Translations under genes and position numbers: made by a program | Source: a virus | Lineage: Duplodnaviria; Caudoviricetes | Virus record (IMG/VR): IMGVR_UViG_3300012956_000012 | Span: 1 to 64,000 of that record | DNA length: 64,000 nucleotides | Direction: 5' to 3' (one strand) | In this document: one piece after another, positions 56,190 to 64,000 of the stretch | Position numbering within the stretch: position 1 is the stretch's first letter | How the letters are laid out: every line of letters begins with the position of its first letter | Notes under the pieces: model-generated | Database searches by the model: none | Told to the model about the DNA's origin: nothing | The model's input: only the letters and a program-made list of their open reading frames with translations

Positions 56190-59100
56190 TATTGATAAAA
56201 GTCTCTTGTATCTATTCCTAATCTGAATGCCATTCTGTACCTACTTTCCTTGTCTTGTACAAATCTTGTAAGGAAGTAATCACCACGTAATCTATCCTTA
56301 TAGTTGTTTCGGTAGTCTAGTAAGTCATTATCAAGTTCCTTTAACACTTGTGGACAGTCGTACTTCCATAAAGGTAGTCCAGATTTTTCTTTGCGAACAA
56401 TGTTGTAGAAGTAGTTGAAAGCGTATTTTCCATTCACTTCTGATTGCAAAACTTCTACACTGTCTATATTGTGTTTTGGGTACTGCATCATCTGATATGC
56501 ATTATTTTGTTCATGCGGTATCAAATCTATTCTTCCAGAGTTCTGATAATTGTTGTAAATATAAGCTTTATTAAATCCAATTCCAACAATGTCTGCAAAA
56601 TCATAACGATTATAGAACTTTTTAACTTCCATGAAGTATTCTATCGTATGTAATACAGAATCCGTTAAACTGCTTGGTTGAACAACTTCTAGAATCCATG
56701 GGTATCTTTTTCCGTAGAAAACTTGGTAAGAACTTATGAACGGGAAGTGGGACCAAAGTCCGAATTCTGTATCATCTTCTGAATAGTTTACTCCTGTTTG
56801 AAAGTAATCCGGGTACGATAAATAGTAACTTGGTTTGAAAGAGTAGTAAGAAATCCAACCTTCTTCTTGAGGATCGTACGCTACTGTGAAGGAACAGTCT
56901 GTAAAAAATTCAGCATCTGTTATTTCAACTTGATCTAAATCTATTCTTAACGTCTCATTTCCTTTTACAAACTGTAGCTTGCAATCTATTATTCCGGAGT
57001 AAGTATACCCATTTGATATGTACGCTGCTATCTGAGTTTCGTATCCAGTAGTTGAATAGAAGGCTCCGTTAGAATAACACACGTTTCCATTTGGCTTATA
57101 ATCCTTCTTAGTTAAGAACAATACTTTGTTTGTATTATCCCAGCCCATTGAGATACCGAACCATTTATACGGGTTGTCCACATTTATGTCAGGGAAGTAT
57201 TTTAGTATTTTGAACGGTAAGTGCTCCTTAAACCACTTTTCGAGTCCTGGTGTAATGTCTTTTAAGCTTGCAGCATTTGGTCCTAAATGAAAGATTTTAC
57301 CTCTTTTAGCATCTGCCCAGAAGTGTCCAAATTCACAGCTGATTTTTGCAGTGTGTTGTGATCCTGCATACCCTAGCTCTGTCTTGTTGAAGTTTATGTT
57401 TCTTCCTGTAAAAATAGCTCCAGTACCTAGTGCACTTTGCTCTGGTGCTACTCTATCTTTTAGTTGATCAATAGCTCCAAATACAGTAAATCCGTTTTCA
57501 AAGATTCCTAGAACTTGCTCCGACTCAATGCTGTCTAACAATGTTAACTTACCATAGTCACTTGGAAAGTTATAAAAATCTAATGGTTTGTACACCAACC
57601 AAGGATCTGTTAGATTTGACTCGGAGTTATCTTGTCTTGAGTAAATTACAGCGTTTTCTAAGTTGTTAAGTCCTTCCCACAAAGTTGTATCAAAGCTGTT
57701 AGGGAGTGTTGCATACGGATATTTTGAATGCCCGAACGAGTACACAAAATTGTAGAAATAAGTGTTTGGTTGTTTTATACTTATATTGGATTCCTGTGTG
57801 AACTCTATGATGTCAGATATGTTTGGGTAGAAGTTTTCAAATGCTTCTCGCTTTGCATACCTAAAGTTTACATTTATAGGGCTTTCGACTAAGAAGTATG
57901 GAATACCATAAGAGTACACATAAAACTTAGCTGGAGGTTTTACATAAAACCCAGAATCTGATCCTAAGTAGTCTAGATTATACTTTGACTTATTGTCTGG
58001 GAAAACAAAAGATGAAACATTAAATTCATCGTCATTGATTTCATAATCTAAGTAATACCTAGAATCTGTATACTCAGGATTTATGTTGAAATAATCTGAG
58101 TGCTTGTACGGAGTTAAAGGTGCTAATCCAAAAGCAGGTGTTGTAAAGAATGGTAACTTTCTTTTTAGAGCAAACCTTGAAATGAAAGTGTCCCCTCCAA
58201 AAATAGCGTTACATGTATTGTCTTCACTTAGCACTCCGCAGTAGTTTGTAAATACCCATTCAATAGAATTTATTGATCCGTATTGTTCTGGCAAATATTG
58301 TTTTAAAGCTACGTAAGGGGATGCGGCATGTCTTGTAAAAGCGGCACTTCTACCTACACCATCATAACGCATCCTGCTGGAATTTCCTCCTATATCGTAG
58401 TTGTAGTAAGACGCTGGATACTGTACGTTAAATCCTGTCCCACTTGTCAAGTACACTGAATCTTCTCTGTCAATGTTGTTGATGTTATAAGAAGCTCCCA
58501 ACACTTCATCCGATACAATCCAGTTACCAGCTTTTATATATTGTGATACTGTTAGTCCTCTGAGAGTGCTACCTGCTTCAGGGTTAGCTAAGAAGTTATT
58601 GTAGTGTCCTAAAGTTGCACTATAGTACGCAAAATTCTGTGGCTTACCAAGATCGCTGAATGTTTTTAACCATCTGTATCTATACTCTCCTACTTTAAAC
58701 AATCCTTGTGCGGTAATGACAATACCTGCCACTACTGCTATGATTATAGACGCAGCGGCTCCATACACAGTTCCAGCTGCAGTAGCGTTGATAGTGTAAT
58801 CAATTATCTGTAAGAATATTTCAAGACCTGCCTCTGTAGCTCCTAATGTGGTAGCTACATTGTATGCTTTCTTACCAAGAAGTACATAGGTAGGGTAATC
58901 CCAAACTTCGTCAAATATCGTCTGCGATTTTCCAAACTGATATCCTTCAATAGACATCTCTTTAGGTAACGTAGGTTTGTAAAAATGAGTGTCAGGTGAG
59001 TGGAAAGTGAATCGATTGTTTGAAGTACTTCCATAAGGATGTCCAACAACGTTTAATTCGTCAAGTCCTAATGAGTTTAGTGGGTAGTTTGGATACTGTA

Positions 59101-62100
59101 TTTGTTTCCCGTCTCCATCATCGTATTGATACATGTCAAACAAAAGCCCTTTTGCTAGTATAGACTTATCTACACTTCGATCGCCTCTGAATATTTCGTA
59201 CTTAGTAATTTTAAATCTCTCATCTACAGTTAACAGACCATTTGATACGGCAATGTCTAAGAATGCATTTATGATATCATTACTTAGAAAGAATCCGATA
59301 GGGTAAATAGTACTAGCTTTAAAGTCGCCTGGGTTATTCATACTCTCAGACATAAAAGGGATCACCTTATTATCTGGGAACTTGTAGTGTCTAATTGGCC
59401 TATCTTTAAAGTCTGCCTCTGCTGTTAAAACATAGTTTCCATTAGCATCTAAAACAGGTGCTGCACTTCCGCCTTGCACGTAATAATCTTCAAACTCATC
59501 TCTAAATTCTACTGGTACACTGTCTGGAGTTATCTTCAACCAAGATGAGTCGTATAAATCACTGTTGCATGGGTATTTCTGTAAAGATTCCCAATAACTA
59601 AATAGGCCATACTTATGAGGGACTGCAGAACAGTTTCCTAGATCAGGATAAGTGAATGTACATGTAGCGGTATATGTCTGCTTCTTTCCAAATTTTAAAT
59701 TTGTAAAATCAACCAGTGTGTTAAACAAACTTGGTTGGTAGTATAATGAAAAACACCCGCACGGTGGCTTCAATGTATATGAAGTGTCTGTTGATGCTAA
59801 AACTCTTGAATAAATACCAGAATCTATTGCTATGTATGCAGTTCCAGATGGAAAGTCAGTAGCAAGCAGTTCTACAAATTTTTGAGAATCATTTAGTGCA
59901 GCTACATTGGAAACTATCCGTCCATAAGCTGCGATATCAGAAGTAGCAGAACAGTCTGCAAAAGCAGATATTCTAACTGATGTTCCTGTGTTATCATCTG
60001 AGTTTACGCACAACACTGGGCTCATTTCCACTACAACTCTTTCATTACCATTGAAATCTACTTTATACCAAAGAGCGTTTGAATGCAACTTATTTGTATA
60101 ATTAGCACCAGTCATTGCTACTGTCAAAGAGGTCTGTAGTGTTGTGAATCCTCCAATCTCTCCCTTGTTTTGTAAAAAGTTGAAATTATCTATTTGAGGA
60201 TTTAGTATTAATTGAATGTCAGAAGCTACTGCACAACTTGTATTTGTTGGTACAACTGCACGTTCATAAACAATATCTCCAGGATTCATATAGTTGCTAA
60301 CAAAAGTTGCATCTACAACTGGGTTAAAAGTTTCATCCAACCTGAATGTATTACAAGAACTAGGTGCTTTGATCCTTTCGTACTCACTAAATACATACCA
60401 ATCTTTACTCTCTCCGATAGTTTCTGCCTCAATAGCAAACATTATCTCGGATGTTAACGCCGATGGCCCACAGTTGGTACCGAAAGTAGGTTCACAACTT
60501 TCTGTGTATTCTGATGGAACATCTATGACAGTCTGAATATCTACCCAAGCAGGATCCGTCGATGCTAGTATTTCAGCTTGATGTTCATTTACATACTGTA
60601 TAAATCCAATACCATCTGGTACTGTTACACTTCCAGATGCAACAGTGTCTAAAACAGTAATCACTCCGTCATTAGCTACCACACAAGATGATTCTACTTC
60701 TCTTTCCTCAGTTATTACAGTTATACCTGAGCCAGCTGGTATTTCACAATCTCCTTGTACAGAAGCTGTGTTTTCAAACTGCCATCTAAGAGTTCTATCA
60801 GATGACCCACATGCCGGTGAATTTGCATTTATAGAATCAACATTTAGATTATCTACTACTTCAATTTCTGATGCAAGTGGTGGTCTTGGTATAAAAGGAA
60901 ACAACGGTAGTTCATGCCCTCCTTGCATTTGAAACTTAATAGCCAGTGGTTCAACTTCATCTCGCATGTATGAAAGGAAGTTTGAGATATAAACTCCATT
61001 TTCATATAAGTTCTCTTTTGCTTGGTAGGTGCTCCACTTCACAGCCGATCCCATCAAGGAAACAACTGGTTGTAGGTTTATAGTCCTGACAGATTCTAAT
61101 CCATATTGAAATAAATATCCATTGGCAGATGTTAACCCCTTTGCTTTTGTATAAAAAGGTTTTCTACTGATGATAGACTGTACATCCGTCATCTGTTTGT
61201 CCACAAGGGAGTTTATAGTGATTGTTGTATTGTCGATAGGGTAGGTACCATATTTGTAATAGGTGACTGCAGAATCTAACCCGTTTCTGTATATCACATA
61301 TACTGTATAGTACTCGTAAGAATTATCCAATAGGGAGACTTCTACCTTAATAGCTTGATTTGTTTGGTAGTTTAAGTTAGTCTGATCAAGGATGTTATTA
61401 TTCTTATCGTGTACAGGTATAGGATTTGTAAGCGAATAGCAGTTGGAAATATTATCCCCAGCTGCATTGGAAAGCGCTACTGTTACCTCATACATACCTG
61501 CTCTTAAATTACCTCCGTTTTGGATTATAGTTGGATTAAGACATGGAATGTTATGCAATGGGAAGATACGAAGTTTATCACACTGCAAGCAAGTACTTGT
61601 CACACGATCATCACACTCATCAATAGTTTCATTGTAAATGTTTAAATGATCCAGCTGAACGTATCTCTGTGGGTTATTCCAGTCAGTGAAGTACATTACT
61701 GCACCTGTTCTTTCTTTTTTTATCTGAACATTTTTTTCAAATATCGGATAGTCAATTGAGAAGTTAAGGCACCCTGTACATGTATCTGTAAGCTCACAAT
61801 AATCTGTTAGTATTGTAAAATACTCACATATAGCCTCTTGAGGGAGATCCTCTAAAGGCGTCTCCAATATAACTGTTATGTTACAATTACAAGATTCTTC
61901 TACAGCTTGTAGATCAGTAATCCCGTTTAGGATGTTTATGTAACCAATCTCCGAACATCCTGTTGTAGGGTTAGTTAGGAAAAAATATGTTTTATAAGAA
62001 TTTAGGTCAAATTTATGACCTACTACTTTAAAGCCTGGTTTAAATCCAGTACACTTGACATTTGATGTTTGGTTAACCTTTGGTCCATCTTCGTGAGAAT

Positions 62101-62212
62101 CTCCTGATGCTGTATTTAAGGCGAATGTGTATTCGTCTTTGGTTAACTCAGATGCAGCCTTATCTCTCTGCATTCCTTTTCTTCCAGTAGATATGTCCTT
62201 TTTTAATGCCAC
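56189..62212 (-). CDS. tail muzzle/stabilisation protein (crAss-like)
   Basis: 2007 aa; GMQRD...YTFALN N-terminus, YFTDWNNPQRY, SYMRDEV, FGGDTFISRF, WISYYSFKP; follows the ring genes. Confidence 0.75.
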   Translation of the reverse strand: MALKKDISTGRKGMQRDKAASELTKDEYTFALNTASGDSHEDGPKVNQTSNVKCTGFKPGFKVVGHKFDLNSYKTYFFLTNPTTGCSEIGYINILNGITDLQAVEESCNCNITVILETPLEDLPQEAICEYFTILTDYCELTDTCTGCLNFSIDYPIFEKNVQIKKERTGAVMYFTDWNNPQRYVQLDHLNIYNETIDECDDRVTSTCLQCDKLRIFPLHNIPCLNPTIIQNGGNLRAGMYEVTVALSNAAGDNISNCYSLTNPIPVHDKNNNILDQTNLNYQTNQAIKVEVSLLDNSYEYYTVYVIYRNGLDSAVTYYKYGTYPIDNTTITINSLVDKQMTDVQSIISRKPFYTKAKGLTSANGYLFQYGLESVRTINLQPVVSLMGSAVKWSTYQAKENLYENGVYISNFLSYMRDEVEPLAIKFQMQGGHELPLFPFIPRPPLASEIEVVDNLNVDSINANSPACGSSDRTLRWQFENTASVQGDCEIPAGSGITVITEEREVESSCVVANDGVITVLDTVASGSVTVPDGIGFIQYVNEHQAEILASTDPAWVDIQTVIDVPSEYTESCEPTFGTNCGPSALTSEIMFAIEAETIGESKDWYVFSEYERIKAPSSCNTFRLDETFNPVVDATFVSNYMNPGDIVYERAVVPTNTSCAVASDIQLILNPQIDNFNFLQNKGEIGGFTTLQTSLTVAMTGANYTNKLHSNALWYKVDFNGNERVVVEMSPVLCVNSDDNTGTSVRISAFADCSATSDIAAYGRIVSNVAALNDSQKFVELLATDFPSGTAYIAIDSGIYSRVLASTDTSYTLKPPCGCFSLYYQPSLFNTLVDFTNLKFGKKQTYTATCTFTYPDLGNCSAVPHKYGLFSYWESLQKYPCNSDLYDSSWLKITPDSVPVEFRDEFEDYYVQGGSAAPVLDANGNYVLTAEADFKDRPIRHYKFPDNKVIPFMSESMNNPGDFKASTIYPIGFFLSNDIINAFLDIAVSNGLLTVDERFKITKYEIFRGDRSVDKSILAKGLLFDMYQYDDGDGKQIQYPNYPLNSLGLDELNVVGHPYGSTSNNRFTFHSPDTHFYKPTLPKEMSIEGYQFGKSQTIFDEVWDYPTYVLLGKKAYNVATTLGATEAGLEIFLQIIDYTINATAAGTVYGAAASIIIAVVAGIVITAQGLFKVGEYRYRWLKTFSDLGKPQNFAYYSATLGHYNNFLANPEAGSTLRGLTVSQYIKAGNWIVSDEVLGASYNINNIDREDSVYLTSGTGFNVQYPASYYNYDIGGNSSRMRYDGVGRSAAFTRHAASPYVALKQYLPEQYGSINSIEWVFTNYCGVLSEDNTCNAIFGGDTFISRFALKRKLPFFTTPAFGLAPLTPYKHSDYFNINPEYTDSRYYLDYEINDDEFNVSSFVFPDNKSKYNLDYLGSDSGFYVKPPAKFYVYSYGIPYFLVESPINVNFRYAKREAFENFYPNISDIIEFTQESNISIKQPNTYFYNFVYSFGHSKYPYATLPNSFDTTLWEGLNNLENAVIYSRQDNSESNLTDPWLVYKPLDFYNFPSDYGKLTLLDSIESEQVLGIFENGFTVFGAIDQLKDRVAPEQSALGTGAIFTGRNINFNKTELGYAGSQHTAKISCEFGHFWADAKRGKIFHLGPNAASLKDITPGLEKWFKEHLPFKILKYFPDINVDNPYKWFGISMGWDNTNKVLFLTKKDYKPNGNVCYSNGAFYSTTGYETQIAAYISNGYTYSGIIDCKLQFVKGNETLRIDLDQVEITDAEFFTDCSFTVAYDPQEEGWISYYSFKPSYYLSYPDYFQTGVNYSEDDTEFGLWSHFPFISSYQVFYGKRYPWILEVVQPSSLTDSVLHTIEYFMEVKKFYNRYDFADIVGIGFNKAYIYNNYQNSGRIDLIPHEQNNAYQMMQYPKHNIDSVEVLQSEVNGKYAFNYFYNIVRKEKSGLPLWKYDCPQVLKELDNDLLDYRNNYKDRLRGDYFLTRFVQDKESRYRMAFRLGIDTRDFYQ

Positions 62213-63060
62213 GGTACGATTATTTGATATTGTAAGCTTTCTAATCTATTTAGAGCTTTTACTTTATAAATGGAGCTAGGTGATAACATCTTCAACTCAT
62301 TTGAAGCATTGTCTCTAGCAGAAACCTCTTCTTGTTTGTAAACTGTGTATAAGGATGCTAATCCTGCCATAGCATCACTATTTGCAAGTAAATCTTCTGC
62401 ACACCTCCTTAATAGGTGGTACTCTAGATATGTTTCTAACTCTCCGTTGAATGTTTCTGGAATGTCTGGTTGACCATCCTCATCTGTAGGTAAGCCATAG
62501 TATTGAAGATAAATGTGGCCACTATTGAAGTTGGCTTGAATTTTACTGCCTATTATTGATATCTCATTAGGATTATCTTTTACGACTCTATTCCTACACC
62601 TTAGATGCATCTTAGATTTTTCAAAAGACCTCCCTAATTTAAGAAGTGTTGGGTTCTTGTATACGAATTGTGCTGACCCTCCATTAAAATACAGATTCTC
62701 TCTGATCACATTCTCTGTCTTACTTTGGCAGCAGGATTCACATTCATTCCAAGTTGAAGACTCTATGACTCTTTCTTTGTAAAAATAAGATGTTTGAAGT
62801 GCATCTATTTCCCCAGTATAGGTATAGGCATGTGGTTCACACAGTATAGCCATGTAGAGGCTAATAAAATTATCTGGTAGATATCCTATTCCGTCTACAA
62901 TTTCTACGGTGCCTTCTGTCATCGTTCCAATAGAGTTGCCAAATCTTTTTAAGGCTTTTAAAGCATCTCTCCTCATAGATATTTCATCTAGTAAACCTGC
63001 TTCATCATACTTTTTAAGTTTTGATTTTACCTCTAAAATCAACTCGTCTAATCTGCTCAT
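62203..63060 (-). CDS. tail ring / tubular protein (crAss-like)
   Basis: IQANFNSGHIYLQYYGLPTDEDGQPDIP motif; directly upstream of the muzzle gene. Confidence 0.7.
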   Translation of the reverse strand: MSRLDELILEVKSKLKKYDEAGLLDEISMRRDALKALKRFGNSIGTMTEGTVEIVDGIGYLPDNFISLYMAILCEPHAYTYTGEIDALQTSYFYKERVIESSTWNECESCCQSKTENVIRENLYFNGGSAQFVYKNPTLLKLGRSFEKSKMHLRCRNRVVKDNPNEISIIGSKIQANFNSGHIYLQYYGLPTDEDGQPDIPETFNGELETYLEYHLLRRCAEDLLANSDAMAGLASLYTVYKQEEVSARDNASNELKMLSPSSIYKVKALNRLESLQYQIIVPWH

Positions 63061-63518
63061 GATAAATATCTTTTGAAATCATAAAAGAATGTTTTATACT
63101 TCTTTCCTGATATTAATTTTTCAGATAAAGCCTTTTTCATAGGCTTTGTAAATTTCTTGTCCATTGTCCATAAGGATAACCAGGTATTTTTAACCGGCAT
63201 GAAGATAGGTGTGTACATCTTATTTCCAGTGTGATGGTTGTACTTTTTAACAGAACCATTTTTTGATGGCATTGTGTTTACAAGTGGTCTTGGTATCATC
63301 CATATAAAAAAGTATCCTAGTTTCTTCATGAACACTCCTCCAGGTCGATCGACAACTAGCTCTGATATTGCTTCACCTATTGCAGAAACTGCTTCACAAT
63401 ACCTATCTCTGTGTACAACTATATCTTTTCTCTCAACTTTTCTTTGACTGTAGTGTTCTCTATACTCTTTATATCCTTCTCTGCCTCCAGCGTTAAATAC
63501 ATTGTCTGCTAACCTCAT
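63057..63518 (-). CDS. IHF/HU-like DNA-binding protein (crAss-like)
   Basis: basic; GVFMKKLGYFFI...NHHT pattern; sits between ring genes as in crAss-like tail loci. Confidence 0.55.
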   Translation of the reverse strand: MRLADNVFNAGGREGYKEYREHYSQRKVERKDIVVHRDRYCEAVSAIGEAISELVVDRPGGVFMKKLGYFFIWMIPRPLVNTMPSKNGSVKKYNHHTGNKMYTPIFMPVKNTWLSLWTMDKKFTKPMKKALSEKLISGKKYKTFFYDFKRYLS

Positions 63519-64000
63519 TATTGAGTTGTTTGAGTTTTTTGATTTTCATCCATATTTGGATTCTCATCTGCTTGAGATGTTCTGTATATAGAAGCTACCT
63601 CTTGAATTGTATCTCTTATGACAGAATCTAGTAGACGATCTGAACAAACAAAATCAAGTTCTAGGTAGGATTTACAATTGTTGGAACTATTGTCCTTACA
63701 CCCACAAGCACTATCTACTTGCGACTTGTCTGTGGAAAACATTCTGATCTCTACTATCTCGTTCTTAGAATCTGGTAGATACAAGTATCCATCTTTTATA
63801 TAGTAATACTTTATCTTTTTTGAGTAGTGCTTTCTTTTCTTATTTATGGAGAATGTTCTAGGACTTACGTAAGTGTAAGATATGGAGCCATCTATATTTG
63901 TAACACTTAGAATTCCGGATCCATTTTTTCCAAAAAGTCCTTCTGGAATTTTTTCACACGACTTCATTAAATTTTCACATAATCTGAATTCAAATATATC
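63518..64000 (-). CDS. tail ring/adaptor protein, 5'-truncated by the window edge
   Basis: frame is open to the window end; YYYIKDGYLYLP and DENPNMDEN C-terminus. Confidence 0.6.
   Translation of the reverse strand, partial: DIFEFRLCENLMKSCEKIPEGLFGKNGSGILSVTNIDGSISYTYVSPRTFSINKKRKHYSKKIKYYYIKDGYLYLPDSKNEIVEIRMFSTDKSQVDSACGCKDNSSNNCKSYLELDFVCSDRLLDSVIRDTIQEVASIYRTSQADENPNMDENQKTQTTQ

Noticed and set aside
1-64000. Stop-codon reassignment as in some crAss-like phages
   Set aside because: Long ORFs are intact in the standard code, and TAA, TAG and TGA all end well-recognised genes.
1-64000. CRISPR array, DGR/reverse transcriptase, integrase, intact tRNA or rRNA genes
   Set aside because: No repeat-spacer series, RT motifs, recombinase motifs or complete cloverleaf were seen by eye.

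Overview
The window is a 64-kb slice of an AT-rich, gene-dense dsDNA phage genome that uses the standard genetic code. The host is most likely a Bacteroidota species, judged from TAnnTTTG promoter elements, a DUF4494 gene and a BT4734/VirE_N-like gene. Two arms converge on a hairpin terminator near 30.6 kb. The left arm (1-30586, + strand) carries replication, nucleotide-metabolism and accessory genes: exonucleases, thyA, MazG-like, class II RNR, two methyltransferases, a macrodomain, a kinase-like protein, RNA ligase, DnaB, PolA, prim-pol, an SF2 helicase, and HNH and GIY-YIG endonucleases. The right arm (30608-64000, - strand) is a crAss-like virion module: ring proteins, an IHF-like protein, the muzzle/stabilisation protein, a GH73 hydrolase, cargo proteins and four giant putative ejection proteins, with no recognisable virion RNA polymerase. 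The strongest observations are: (i) three giant, nearly Cys-free proteins whose cysteines sit head-to-tail at adjoining termini; (ii) a nested ART + triple-metallopeptidase polyvalent protein; (iii) several gene or domain cassettes bounded by short exact direct repeats; (iv) a GTTAA-N5-GTTAA box at near-fixed distance from host-type promoters; and (v) a GIY-YIG gene that splits a gene and rebuilds its N-terminus. All family calls come from motif recognition by eye; no database searches were run.
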